Source: Gemmatimonadaceae bacterium (GTDB lineage Bacteria; Gemmatimonadota; Gemmatimonadetes; Gemmatimonadales; Gemmatimonadaceae). From it: 64,000 bases of DNA. The stretch is from positions 17,786 through 81,785 of the forward strand of contig DATNDS010000052.1 in assembly GCA_035553215.1 (NCBI GenBank). The letters are read 5' to 3'. The notes below the pieces were generated by a model, which saw nothing but the letters and a program-made list of their open reading frames with translations, was not told the origin of the DNA and did not search any database. This document shows, piece after piece, positions 30,289 through 39,840 of this stretch. Within the stretch, counting starts at the first letter, position 1. The number at the start of each line of letters is the position of its first letter. Made by a program: the position numbers and the translations under genes.

Positions 30289-30801
30289 ATGACTTCCTCA
30301 CCGCCATCGCCAACGGAACAACCACTGGTCGGTGTGATCATGGGAAGCCGGAGCGATCTCGAACAGCTCGCGCCGGCCACCGAGTTGCTCACCGAGCTCG
30401 CCATTCCGCATGAGGTGCGCATCGTCTCGGCGCATCGCACACCCGACTGGATGGCAAAGTACGCGACGCAGGCGGAGGCGCGCGGTATCCAGGTGATTAT
30501 CGCGGCTGCGGGGGGAGCGGCGCATCTGCCGGGCATGGTGGCAGCCCACACCATCCTGCCCGTGCTCGGCGTGCCGGTGCCCGCCACCGTCCTCAACGGA
30601 CTCGATGCGTTGCTCTCGATCGTGCAGATGCCCAAGGGCGTACCGGTTGGCACGCTCGCCATAGGGAAACCCGGCGCCGCGAACGCTGCCATTCTCGCCG
30701 CCGCCATCATTGGACTCTCCCGCGACGACGTGCGCGAACGGCTGCGCGCCTGGCGCGCGGCGCGCACGCAGGACGTGCTGGACAGCGAGGGCGTGCGTTG
30801 A
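30289..30801 (+). CDS. purE: 5-(carboxyamino)imidazole ribonucleotide mutase
   Basis: VGVIMGSRSDL, VSAHRTP and AGGAAHLPGMVAA motifs. Confidence 0.92.
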   Translation: MTSSPPSPTEQPLVGVIMGSRSDLEQLAPATELLTELAIPHEVRIVSAHRTPDWMAKYATQAEARGIQVIIAAAGGAAHLPGMVAAHTILPVLGVPVPATVLNGLDALLSIVQMPKGVPVGTLAIGKPGAANAAILAAAIIGLSRDDVRERLRAWRAARTQDVLDSEGVR

Positions 30802-31958
30802 CCGCGGTGCTGCCGGGTGCCACGATCGGCATTCTTGGAGGCGGACAACTCGGTCGCATGATGACGGTGGCCGCGCGCACGCTCGGCTATCACGTCATCG
30901 TGCTGGACCCGGACCCCCGCTGCGCCGCCAGCGCCGTGGCGGACCGCGTGATCGCCGCGCGCTTCGATGATTGCGCGGCCGCTGCCGAGCTGGCCCGCGC
31001 ATCCGACGTGGTCACCATTGAAATCGAGAAGATCGCGTATCACGCGCTCGAGGCAGCGGCCGAGCACGCCCCGCTCCGCCCCGGAGCGCACGTCCTGCAC
31101 GTGGTGCAGGATCGCGGGCGACAGAAGGAGTGGCTGGTGGCGCACGGATTCCCGGTGGGTCCGTACTGGCGCGCCGCGTCCCAGGGGGAGCTCGAGGCCG
31201 CCATGCGCGAAGCCGGTGACGGCGCGTTCGTGAAGTCGTGCACGGGCGGGTATGACGGGCGCGGCCAGTTGCGCGCGGGCCCCGCTGTGCGCGCCGCGGA
31301 GGCGTGGCGCGCCCTTGGGGCTGCACCATGCGTGGTGGAACGTGCGCTGGAGCTGGAGCAGGAGATCTCCGTGCTCGTCGCGCGTCGCCCCGGCGGCGAG
31401 ACCGCGGTGTACGCGCCCTCGCGCAATCATCACGATCACGGCGTGCTCGACTGGGCGGTGATCCCGGCCACGGTTCCCGATGCGGTTGCCGAGCGTGCCG
31501 TCACTATCGCACGCGGCATTGCCGAATCCCTGGACGTCGTGGGCCTGCTCGTGGCCGAGCTCTTTCTCACGCGGGATGGCACGTTGACCGTGAACGAGCT
31601 CGCTCCGCGCCCGCACAACAGCTTCCATCACACGGAGCTGACCGTGCTCACGAGCCAGTTCGAGCAGGCCGTTCGCGCGGTCTGCGACCTGCCGCTGGGC
31701 GCCACGGATGTCGTGCAGCCGGCGGCAATCGCCAATCTCTTCGGCGACCTCTGGCTGCACGAGACATCGCCGCGATGGGAGGCCGCGCTCGCGATGCCGG
31801 GAGTCCGGATTCATCTCTACGGCAAGGCACCACGTCCCGGCCGCAAGATGGGGCACGTCGGTGCAGTCGGTACCACGGCGGCCGACGCGGTCGCGCGGGC
31901 GCGCGAGGCGCGCGCTCTCCTTCTTCCACAGCCACATCAAACGCTGAGAGACTCATGA
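30798..31958 (+). CDS. purK: 5-(carboxyamino)imidazole ribonucleotide synthase
   Basis: ATP-grasp layout (IGILGGGQLGRM, GYDGRGQ, VNELAPRPHNS). TTG start overlapping the purE stop. Confidence 0.9.
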   Translation: MTAVLPGATIGILGGGQLGRMMTVAARTLGYHVIVLDPDPRCAASAVADRVIAARFDDCAAAAELARASDVVTIEIEKIAYHALEAAAEHAPLRPGAHVLHVVQDRGRQKEWLVAHGFPVGPYWRAASQGELEAAMREAGDGAFVKSCTGGYDGRGQLRAGPAVRAAEAWRALGAAPCVVERALELEQEISVLVARRPGGETAVYAPSRNHHDHGVLDWAVIPATVPDAVAERAVTIARGIAESLDVVGLLVAELFLTRDGTLTVNELAPRPHNSFHHTELTVLTSQFEQAVRAVCDLPLGATDVVQPAAIANLFGDLWLHETSPRWEAALAMPGVRIHLYGKAPRPGRKMGHVGAVGTTAADAVARAREARALLLPQPHQTLRDS

Positions 31959-32491
31959 AGCCCATTCTCTCCATCGCCGCGCTGCTCGCCTGTGCGGCCG
32001 CCGGCTGCACCCGGGTGGTCAGAGTGCAGGAACCCGGACCAGGACAGCAGTCGGCTCGAGCGGAACTGCACGACGTAGCCGGACAGAGCGTCGGCGTTGC
32101 CACCCTCAGGCAGACGCCGCATGGCGTGCTTATCTCAGCGCAGCTTTCCAACCTGCCGCCCGGCACGCACGCCTTTCACATCCATGCCGTAGGGCTCTGC
32201 CAGACGCCGTTCACCACGGCCGGCCCGCATCTCAATCCGCTCAATCGCCAGCATGGGATGGACAATCCGGCCGGCATGCACGAGGGTGATCTGCCCAACC
32301 TCTACGTGCCCGAGAGCGGCAGCGTGCGCATCGATGTACTGGTCAGCGATGCGTCACTCATGACTGGCACCAGTCCCATTCTCGATGCGGATGGCGCGGC
32401 GCTCGTGATTCATGCCGGCGCCGATGATTACTACACGGACCCGGCGGGAAATGCCGGCTCCCGCATCGCCTGTGGGGTCATCAGCCGGTAA
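31955..32491 (+). CDS. sodC: Cu/Zn superoxide dismutase, lipoprotein form
   Basis: Lipobox LLACAAAGC, then HAFHIHAVGLC, HEGDLPNL, LVIHAGADD and RIACGVI. ATGA overlap with purK. Confidence 0.9.
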   Translation: MKPILSIAALLACAAAGCTRVVRVQEPGPGQQSARAELHDVAGQSVGVATLRQTPHGVLISAQLSNLPPGTHAFHIHAVGLCQTPFTTAGPHLNPLNRQHGMDNPAGMHEGDLPNLYVPESGSVRIDVLVSDASLMTGTSPILDADGAALVIHAGADDYYTDPAGNAGSRIACGVISR

Positions 32492-33491
32492 CCTCGCGCC
32501 GGGCGGTGCTGGCCGCGAGCGCGTCGCGGCACTGACGTACGATCGCGGCGGCCGGCTCAATGTCATGGATGGCCGCGACGCTCTTGCCCGCCTGCCAGAA
32601 ATCGTCGCCCGACTCGTCGAGCGACGAGCGCTTGAGGCGCCAGAGTGAACGCAGTGCGTAGGCGTTCCGCATCCAGTGTCTGGTCCGCCTGCCGCGCAGC
32701 AGCCGCCGCGCGAGCGGGCCGGCGCGCGTACCCATGCGCTCGATGTACGGCGTGCGAATCACGGACACCGGCACGCCCGTAATGCGCTCCGTGAGCACGA
32801 TGTCGCGTTCCTCCGCCTGGACGATCGCGCGCTTGTATGCATTGGACGCGTGGCATTCGGGCGTGGCGATGAAGCGCGTACCCATCTGAATTCCCGCATG
32901 GCCCGACTCCATTGCGTGCACGAATCCGGCGGCGTCACCCACGCCGCCTGCGCAGATGAGCGGAACACCAAGATCGGACAATTCGTCGAACAGCGCCGCG
33001 ACGCTTCGCGGACCCGCGTGGCCACCGGCCCGGTTGTTCACCGCGATGAGGCCGTGGACGCCGCCATCGAGTCCCTTGAGCGCCCACTTCCGTTCCGTCA
33101 CATCGTGATACACGATGGCCCCGGACGACGCCACGCGATCCACGACCCAGCGGGGATTCCCCAGCGATGTGATGAAAAAGCGGATGCCTTCCTCGAGCGC
33201 CACGTCGATCCACTGCACCATGCGTTCGTGATAGTACTTCGACGATCGCTCAATGAGCGCGTTCATGCCGATGGGTCGCGCCGTGAGAGAACGGATCAGT
33301 CGCAGGCCTTCCCGGAACTCGTGTCCATGCACGTAGGTGAGCGACACGGGTTGGACGATGCCGATGCCGCCGGCGTCGGAGACCGCCGCCACGAGCTCTG
33401 GATTGCTGCATGGATACATGGCCCCGCAGATGAGCGGCACGTCAATGCCGACCGCGCGCGTGAATGGCGTGTCGAGCGCGGCCGCCGTCAT
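32481..33491 (-). CDS. nitronate monooxygenase family (NMO/FabK-like) flavoprotein
   Basis: [27 protein letters not shown] and ICAGGVGD follow the TIM-barrel FMN oxidoreductase pattern. Confidence 0.85.
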   Translation of the reverse strand: MTAAALDTPFTRAVGIDVPLICGAMYPCSNPELVAAVSDAGGIGIVQPVSLTYVHGHEFREGLRLIRSLTARPIGMNALIERSSKYYHERMVQWIDVALEEGIRFFITSLGNPRWVVDRVASSGAIVYHDVTERKWALKGLDGGVHGLIAVNNRAGGHAGPRSVAALFDELSDLGVPLICAGGVGDAAGFVHAMESGHAGIQMGTRFIATPECHASNAYKRAIVQAEERDIVLTERITGVPVSVIRTPYIERMGTRAGPLARRLLRGRRTRHWMRNAYALRSLWRLKRSSLDESGDDFWQAGKSVAAIHDIEPAAAIVRQCRDALAASTARREVTG

Positions 33492-33988
33492 GACGCGGGC
33501 ACCGGAGCTGGCGTATTCGGGCTGAGCAGCCAGCGCGCCGTGGCTCGTGCCACGATGGCGCCGGTCGCGTCAGTGATGACTGCTTCGCATGTCTCCTCCC
33601 GCGATTCGGCCGGCTCGACACGCGGCGCCGATGATTCCGCGACCAGCGTGCCACGTGCCTTCTTCACGTACTCGATGGAGAGTCCGGTCACGATACCGCG
33701 AACTCCGTCCGGCAGACCGGAGAGCATTGCCAGCCCGCTGCTCACTTCCGCCAGATTCATGAGCGCAATGGCGTGGACGGAGCGGAGGTGGTTGCGCACG
33801 CGCCGGCGGTCGTGCATGCACACGCGCGCATAACCCGGGCGCAATTCCTGAACGAACGGGCGGATCGTTCCCGTGTACGGCACCGAGAAGCCCAGCAGGC
33901 GGCTGAACAGCCACTTGCCGCCCGGTATGCCCTGCAGCGCCGCCCACTGGCGCCGCAGTCGCGCGCCGGGAGATGCCGGCGATGTCAC
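33488..33988 (-). CDS. hotdog-fold thioesterase-like protein (DUF4442-like)
   Basis: [48 protein letters not shown] matches my memory of DUF4442. It overlaps the downstream gene start by 4 nt. Confidence 0.65.
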   Translation of the reverse strand: MTSPASPGARLRRQWAALQGIPGGKWLFSRLLGFSVPYTGTIRPFVQELRPGYARVCMHDRRRVRNHLRSVHAIALMNLAEVSSGLAMLSGLPDGVRGIVTGLSIEYVKKARGTLVAESSAPRVEPAESREETCEAVITDATGAIVARATARWLLSPNTPAPVPAS

Positions 33989-33994
33989 GATCGC

Positions 33995-34672
33995 TCAGCT
34001 CCCGATCGCATCGAGAATCCGACGCGCGATCACGCCGTACTTCCTGTCGAAATGGTGTCCGCCTGGCAGATCGATGATGGTCGCCGTGCCGGCCTGCAGC
34101 CGCGGACAGGCGCTGTCCTTCTCATCGTCTCCATACACGCACAGCACCGTGGGTCCATGGATCCTCTCGATTTCCGGCACCGTCATGAGGTCGTCCTTCC
34201 GGCTGTGGTTGGAAATGAGATCCACGACATGAAACTTGAAATTCGCGTTCACGGCGGGCGCGAGCAGTGCCACGAGCCGGGTCTGTGCCAGCAGATCGGC
34301 CGGCAACCGCGTCACGAGAAATGGCAGCACGTTGGCGCCGCGCGAATAGCCCACGAGCACCACTGAGCGAGCCGGTATCGAGCTTTCATAGTGCCGGATG
34401 ATGCGGTCGAGATCCTCCGTGGCGCCGTCCGGGGTGCGCTGCGAGCTGAAGTACTCACGGGAGTTGACGGCGACCACCAGCGCGCCATGCGCCGAGAGCG
34501 AATCGCTGAGCTCCTTGTCGATCGACGCCCACCCGCCATCCCCGGTGAACAGGACGGCGAGCCGCTGCGCGGGAGCGCTCGCGGCCGGCACTACCTTGAG
34601 CGGAAGATCGCCGAGCGAGTCAGCGGTGAGTGGTGCGGTCAGCAGCAGGAGGACCAGGTGCAGCGCAAACAT
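33995..34672 (-). CDS. VirJ/AcvB-type alpha/beta hydrolase domain protein
   Basis: LAVLFTGDGGWASIDKELSDSLSAHG, LVGYSRGANVLPF and GGHHFD. The internal ATG 34672 gives a signal peptide MFALHLVLLLLTAPL. Confidence 0.7.
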   Translation of the reverse strand: MFALHLVLLLLTAPLTADSLGDLPLKVVPAASAPAQRLAVLFTGDGGWASIDKELSDSLSAHGALVVAVNSREYFSSQRTPDGATEDLDRIIRHYESSIPARSVVLVGYSRGANVLPFLVTRLPADLLAQTRLVALLAPAVNANFKFHVVDLISNHSRKDDLMTVPEIERIHGPTVLCVYGDDEKDSACPRLQAGTATIIDLPGGHHFDRKYGVIARRILDAIGS

Positions 34673-34774
34673 GGGTGCGTACGTGGAGGGTGGACTACCA
34701 TTCGGCGTGTCGCCAGCACAAGATAAGCGAAGCGCGGCGCGACCCAATGCGCCCACTACCCCGCCGGAGGATCG

Positions 34775-35239
34775 ATGTCAGCCCCTCACTCGGTCATCAT
34801 CGACGAGCTCGATCGCGACGAGATCGTCGCGCTGTTGTCCCGCAACCATGTCGGGCGCATTGCCTTTTCCATGCATGACCGCGTGGACATCCAGCCCATC
34901 CACTACGTGTATTCGGATGGCTGGCTCTACGGGCGCACCTCGCACGGCGCGAAGTTCGCTACGCTCATGAAGAATCGCTGGGTCGCATTCGAGGTGGATG
35001 AGGTGACCACGCTGTTCGACTGGACCAGTGCCGTGGTGCACGGCGCGGTGTATATCCTCGCACCCGACGACATCTCGCCGGCCGCGCATCATTCCTGGGC
35101 GCGCGCCGTGGACCTCCTCCGGCGGCTGGTGCCGGGGTCGCTCGGCGCCAACGATCCGGTGCCGGAGCGTGACGTGGTGTTCCGCGTTGCCGTGCAGGAG
35201 GCTACCGGACGCCGGTCCCGCGCCAGCGCGGAGGCCTGA
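34775..35239 (+). CDS. pyridoxamine 5'-phosphate oxidase family (flavin-binding split barrel) protein
   Basis: LDRDEIVALLSRNHVGRIAFSMHDRVDIQPIHYVYSDGWLYGRTSHGAK follows the Pyridox_ox_2 pattern. Confidence 0.75.
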   Translation: MSAPHSVIIDELDRDEIVALLSRNHVGRIAFSMHDRVDIQPIHYVYSDGWLYGRTSHGAKFATLMKNRWVAFEVDEVTTLFDWTSAVVHGAVYILAPDDISPAAHHSWARAVDLLRRLVPGSLGANDPVPERDVVFRVAVQEATGRRSRASAEA

Positions 35240-35317
35240 GCGCCACGCGCGCCACGGGCGGCACAGGTGCCACCGGCGGCACACGTGGCGCCCTGGCGAC
35301 TGCCGTGCGCCGCGCCG

Positions 35318-35683
35318 TCAGGGCGACGCCGACGGCGGAATGACCAGCGAGACGTGATCGCCCGGCAGCACCGAGATGTCGTCGCTCACCGGCCGGCTCG
35401 ATCCACCAATGGGGTCAGCCAGAAAGCGCATCTCGCGCGCGCCGCCCACGAGATCCGCCGGAATGGTGAAGGTGGCAGTCGTGTTGCCGGTCACCGTTCC
35501 CAGTCGCACGCGCCGTCCCTCCGACAGCACGAAGATGTTCATGTCCGCGAAGCCCTGATTCTCGACTTTGAGGAGGGTGGGCCCAGTCCGTTCCGTTCCG
35601 CCGTTCGGCTTCTGCTGGGAATGCGCGCACGCCAATGTGGCGGCGAGCAGAAGCGCTGGAAGCACACGTGTGATGAGATGCAT
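35318..35683 (-). CDS. small hypothetical lipoprotein
   Basis: Inner part of track ORF 35318..36169. MHLITRVLPALLLAATLACAHS carries a lipobox and the remainder is beta-rich. No family recognised. Confidence 0.5.
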   Translation of the reverse strand: MHLITRVLPALLLAATLACAHSQQKPNGGTERTGPTLLKVENQGFADMNIFVLSEGRRVRLGTVTGNTTATFTIPADLVGGAREMRFLADPIGGSSRPVSDDISVLPGDHVSLVIPPSASP

Positions 35684-35721
35684 TGTCGATTTGGGCTGCA
35701 GGCTGCCATTGCGCAACCAGG

Positions 35722-36429
35722 TCAGACTCCTCCATACCATTCGTATCCCTGATCGCTCCAGTATCCGCCATTGCGCTCGGGAAGGAAGAGAATCTTCGTC
35801 AGGTACTTGGTACACTTGTAGCCGAGCTTCACCGGCGAATTGATCCGCGCCGGCGCACCGTGCGGAACTCCGAGATAGTGGCCGTCCATTCCGTAGGCGA
35901 CGATGGTCTGCGGGTGCATGGCGCTCTCCAGATCCCAGCTCTCGTGGTACCCCTTGTCGAACGACTGGAAGTCCACGTACCGCGCATCCGGATGAAGGCC
36001 CGCCAGCCGGGCCAGCTCGCTCACGCGCACGCCGGTCCACTCCGCCACGGCGGTCCACCCCTCCACACAGTAGTGGTCTACCCGCTGCGTGATGCTCCGC
36101 ACGCGCGTGAGATCCTCCATCGAGAGTGTGAGCGGGTGCTGCACCGCGCCGCCAACTTCGAGCGTCCACTTGCCGCGAACGGCTTCATTCCACACCGGCA
36201 CTGAATCCGAAATGAAGTACTGCGGGAAGGCCTTGCCCGCATCCCGGGCGCCGGCGGATGCCCTGTCCATGGAAGTGTGCCGAAACAGGCCACGCTCCAC
36301 CTTCTCGTTGAAGCGCTCGGCGCTGCGCAGCAGCGGCTGCGCGGCGCGCGGCCCTTCGGAATCACACGCCGCCAGATAGGCAGCCGGCAGCCAGAGACTA
36401 CCCGTGATGATGAATCGCCGGCGGTTCAT
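35722..36429 (-). CDS. molybdopterin-dependent oxidoreductase (YedY/MsrP-like, sulfite-oxidase fold)
   Basis: TAT-like N-terminus MNRRRFII, then HYCVEGWTAVAEWTGVRVSEL, HGAPARI and KCTKYL. Confidence 0.85.
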   Translation of the reverse strand: MNRRRFIITGSLWLPAAYLAACDSEGPRAAQPLLRSAERFNEKVERGLFRHTSMDRASAGARDAGKAFPQYFISDSVPVWNEAVRGKWTLEVGGAVQHPLTLSMEDLTRVRSITQRVDHYCVEGWTAVAEWTGVRVSELARLAGLHPDARYVDFQSFDKGYHESWDLESAMHPQTIVAYGMDGHYLGVPHGAPARINSPVKLGYKCTKYLTKILFLPERNGGYWSDQGYEWYGGV

Positions 36430-37244
36430 GGAGACGATGCGTTGGTGGGAGAGATCTCTTGAGCCGGGTCGCCGCCCTCCGCGACGGTACCAGGAGCGAC
36501 AGCCGCGCCGGCCGGCGCAACGGCTGTCGCTTCGACTGCCGCCCGCTCGGAAGCGCGCGGAAAGAGGTGATAGAAAGGTCGCGCGTTACGCTCTTCCGGA
36601 GAGTGAGCCGGGTTGTAGTTGCCCGTGATCATCGACGGAATGGAATACGGGTCCACGACGAACACCATGAAGGTATGCGCCAGAGCGAGCGCCACCAGCA
36701 CTACCATCGCCACGAAGTGCCAGTAGCGTGCCCACACGAAGCCACCCAGGACGCTGGTGAGCGGGGCCAACTGCACGGGCTTCCAGATGGCGAGTCCGGT
36801 GAGCACGGCGAGAATTCCGAAGATGGGCAGCGCGAAGTAGGTCAGCTTCTGCAGAACGTTGTGCTTTCCCTGACGCGGGTGATCCGGACGGATGAACAAA
36901 TAGTAGCGAATCATCTGCCAGGCATCGCGAGCGTCACCGCGCCGCGGCACCAGATCGCGCCACTCTCCGTGCAGGTAGATGAATCCCAGGTAGATCAGCC
37001 CGTTGATCACCAGCACCCACATGGCCGCAAAGTGCCAGTTGCGCGCGCCAGCCAGCCAGCCACCAAAGGTGAGCCAGTCGGGAATGGGCTTGTGCGCGAA
37101 TGGATAGCAGCAGAAGGTCTCGCCGCGACGGGCAAACGCGGGGTAGGCGTTGAAGATCTCGAGCCCGCTCCCCACCATGATCACGAACGCGATCACGTTC
37201 ACCCAGTGCGTCGTACGGACTATCCAGTGGTGCCGTTTGGCCAT
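36426..37244 (-). CDS. cytochrome b (b561/YedZ-partner type) membrane protein
   Basis: RTTHWVNVIAFVIMVGSGLEIFN and several further TM helices with conserved His residues. It overlaps the Mo-enzyme gene by 4 nt. Confidence 0.8.
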   Translation of the reverse strand: MAKRHHWIVRTTHWVNVIAFVIMVGSGLEIFNAYPAFARRGETFCCYPFAHKPIPDWLTFGGWLAGARNWHFAAMWVLVINGLIYLGFIYLHGEWRDLVPRRGDARDAWQMIRYYLFIRPDHPRQGKHNVLQKLTYFALPIFGILAVLTGLAIWKPVQLAPLTSVLGGFVWARYWHFVAMVVLVALALAHTFMVFVVDPYSIPSMITGNYNPAHSPEERNARPFYHLFPRASERAAVEATAVAPAGAAVAPGTVAEGGDPAQEISPTNASSP

Positions 37245-37412
37245 GCCTTCTCCCTTGCGTGTGAGCACGCCGGCGGTTCCTGGTTGCATACCCCTGCAGC
37301 CCCCGAAATGTTGAGCCCAGCACGCCCCGGCGCCACATCGCGAAGTCCGGCGCGATGCGATATTGAAAGGCGGCTGCCGTGCACTTCAGTTCCAGACCCC
37401 CTACACATCTCC

Positions 37413-38486
37413 ATGCCGATCCTTCCCCTGTACGGTCATCATGCGCTCCGCGAGCGGCTCCGCAGCGCGGTTTCGCGAGGCGCGCTGCCGTCGAGCCTGC
37501 TCCTGCAGGGACCGCATGGAGTTGGCAAGCAGCGCCTGGCGCTTTGGCTGGCGCAACTGCTCGTGTGCACCGGCAGCGAGCCGCGCCCGTGCAACGCGTG
37601 CGTGTCCTGCCGCTACGCGCGGGCCCTCGGGCACCCCGACGTGCGCTGGTTCTTCCCGAGGCCGCGACTGCCGGAGGGGAACGCGTCCGTCGACGACATT
37701 CTGGCGGACTACGCCGATGCCATCGTGGAGCGCGAGAAGGCTGGCGGCATCTACTCGCCACCGAGCGGACTTGAAGGAATTTTCGTCGGCGCAATTCACG
37801 CCGTCGTCCAGCTCGCGACGCTGGCGCCTGCGCTCGGCACGCGCACCATCTTCGTCCTGGGCGACGCCGAGCGCATGGTCCCGCAGGAGGGCTCCGAATT
37901 CGCCGCCAACGCGCTACTCAAGCTGCTCGAGGAGCCGCGGCAGGATACCACGATTATTCTCACCTCGAGTGAACCTGGCTCATTACTTCCCACCATCCGG
38001 TCCCGGGTGGTATCGGTGCGCGTCCCCCTCCTTCCCGATGCGGACGCGCAACAATTCCTGGAGGACCCGATTGTCCAGTCTGCACTGGATGCGCACGGCG
38101 TGCCGGGGAAAACAGGCGATCGCGTCCGTGCGGCCGGCGGAGCGCCGGGAACGCTGTTCGGCGCCGCAGCCGCCGGGGAAGCCGCTGCAGCCGCCGCCCG
38201 GCTGCTGCAATCGGCGCATGCGGAAGGCGATGAACAGGCGCGCGCGGTGCTGGCCCTGGGCGGAGCGGGCGCCCGTGGTTTCTTTACCGATGTCCTCGAC
38301 GCGCTGGCGGTGATGTTGCTTGCCCGCCAGCGCGCCAGCGTGGACGCGGGGAATGATGGGGCGGCCATCGGCGCCGCCAGGGCGATTGGCATGGTGGAGG
38401 AGGCGCGCATGCACGCTACCGGCAACGTGAACCCTCAACTGCTCGGCGCCGCACTATTGCGGCACCTGAAGGAGCTCGGCGTATGA
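37413..38486 (+). CDS. holB: DNA polymerase III subunit delta'
   Basis: Inner part of track ORF 36459..38486. LLLQGPHGVGKQRLALWLAQLLVC, the CNACVSCRY zinc module and NALLKLLEEP. Confidence 0.8.
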   Translation: MPILPLYGHHALRERLRSAVSRGALPSSLLLQGPHGVGKQRLALWLAQLLVCTGSEPRPCNACVSCRYARALGHPDVRWFFPRPRLPEGNASVDDILADYADAIVEREKAGGIYSPPSGLEGIFVGAIHAVVQLATLAPALGTRTIFVLGDAERMVPQEGSEFAANALLKLLEEPRQDTTIILTSSEPGSLLPTIRSRVVSVRVPLLPDADAQQFLEDPIVQSALDAHGVPGKTGDRVRAAGGAPGTLFGAAAAGEAAAAAARLLQSAHAEGDEQARAVLALGGAGARGFFTDVLDALAVMLLARQRASVDAGNDGAAIGAARAIGMVEEARMHATGNVNPQLLGAALLRHLKELGV

Positions 38487-38959
38487 CTGGCATGAGTCAT
38501 GTATCTGCAGAGGGAGACGCACGCATGGTGGATGTCACGGAGAAGGAGGTGACAAATCGTGTGGCGCGGGCGAGTGGCTGCATCCGAATGAAAGCCGAAA
38601 CGCTTGCCTGCATTCGCGGTAACGAACTGAGCAAAGGAGACGTCATATCTGTAGCGAAAGTAGCCGGGGTTCTGGCGGCCAAGCGCACGGCGGAGTTAAT
38701 TCCGCTCTGCCATCCGCTCCCGCTCACCGACGTTCAGGTGCAGTTGATCCCGGAGGAATCGCTCCCCGGCCTGCGGTGTGAGGCAACAGCCCGGACCGTC
38801 GGGCGAACAGGGGTGGAAATGGAGGCGATCACGGCAGTCGCAGTAAGCTTGATCACGGTGTATGACATGGCGAAGTCGATGGATAAAGGCATGTCAATCA
38901 CCGACATATGCTTGCTGGAGAAGTCAGGAGGCAGGTCTGGAAACTGGAGGCGCGGGTAG
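38483..38959 (+). CDS. moaC: cyclic pyranopterin monophosphate synthase MoaC
   Basis: MVDVTEK, KGDVISVA.VAG..AAKRT.ELIPLCHPLPL and TGVEMEA motifs. Confidence 0.92.
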   Translation: MTGMSHVSAEGDARMVDVTEKEVTNRVARASGCIRMKAETLACIRGNELSKGDVISVAKVAGVLAAKRTAELIPLCHPLPLTDVQVQLIPEESLPGLRCEATARTVGRTGVEMEAITAVAVSLITVYDMAKSMDKGMSITDICLLEKSGGRSGNWRRG

Positions 38960-38991
38960 CGCCGCCCTCCGTGCGGAGTCAACTGAAGCAG

Positions 38992-39016
38992 CGGGGCCAA
39001 TCAGCCCCGTTTGCTT
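38992..39016 (+). terminator. possible terminator after moaC
   Basis: cggggc-caatca-gccccg stem-loop followed by tttgctt. The stem is short. Confidence 0.4.
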
Positions 39017-39097
39017 ATGGGATATCCTGCAGGGGAGGATTCGCTATTGCAGAGCGCACAGCAGAGCTACTCTCATCGAGGCGATCGCCTCAGACGG

Positions 39098-39739
39098 ATG
39101 GACCGGCTTCGGAAGGTCGGGCTGGTCGTGGTGTTCCTGGGTGCCGTTGCACTCATCCCGCGGGAGCAGCCGCGGAATGCGGAAGCATCGGAGAATTCGA
39201 GTTTCAGTTTCGGGTCGTCGAGCCAGAACCGCCAGTTGCGGGCTGAGCTGGACGCCACCAAGGGCGCGTTGGAACTGGCGAACGCCCAGCTCACGCGGGC
39301 GCGCACGATCATGGACTACTCCACCCGCTACAAGGTGGGAGCCGACCTGGCTGGTTCCGTGTACGACGTTGCCGTGGCCGAGGGCATTGACCCCGAGCTC
39401 GGCTTTCGCCTGGTGCGTGTAGAGAGTGAATTCAATCCGCATGCGACCAGCACGGCTGGCGCCATCGGACTCACTCAGCTCATGCCCGCCACAGCCCGGT
39501 ATTTCGACAGCACCGCCACGAAACAGAAGCTCTACAACGCGCAGACCAACCTGCACCTTGGCTTCCGGTACCTCCGGTCGCTGATCGACGAGAATCACGG
39601 CAACGTGAACCTGGCGCTGCTGGTCTACAATCGCGGACCACAGGCGGTGGAGACGCTCCAGTCGCTCGGCATGAATCCGAGCAACGGCTACGAGCACGCC
39701 GTCATGAAGGGTTACAGGGGCACGGGTCTGTCAAACTGA
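39098..39739 (+). CDS. lytic transglycosylase (SLT domain) protein
   Basis: RVESEFNPHATSTAGAIGLTQLMPATARYF is the SLT catalytic block. N-terminal anchor MDRLRKVGLVVVFLGAVALI. Confidence 0.8.
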   Translation: MDRLRKVGLVVVFLGAVALIPREQPRNAEASENSSFSFGSSSQNRQLRAELDATKGALELANAQLTRARTIMDYSTRYKVGADLAGSVYDVAVAEGIDPELGFRLVRVESEFNPHATSTAGAIGLTQLMPATARYFDSTATKQKLYNAQTNLHLGFRYLRSLIDENHGNVNLALLVYNRGPQAVETLQSLGMNPSNGYEHAVMKGYRGTGLSN

Positions 39740-39763
39740 GGCACCGGCTCCAGGAAGGAAACG

Positions 39764-39798
39764 GAAGCCCCTGGTTCGCGGTGCGAACCAGGGGCTTC
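39764..39798. terminator. hairpin between convergent genes
   Basis: 16-bp perfect stem gaagcccctggttcgc / gcgaaccaggggcttc with a 3-nt loop. There is no U-tract on either strand. Confidence 0.5.
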
Positions 39799-39840
39799 GT
39801 GTAGACGACTCGAGTGAGGCGACCGGCGCCGCTCGCGTGA

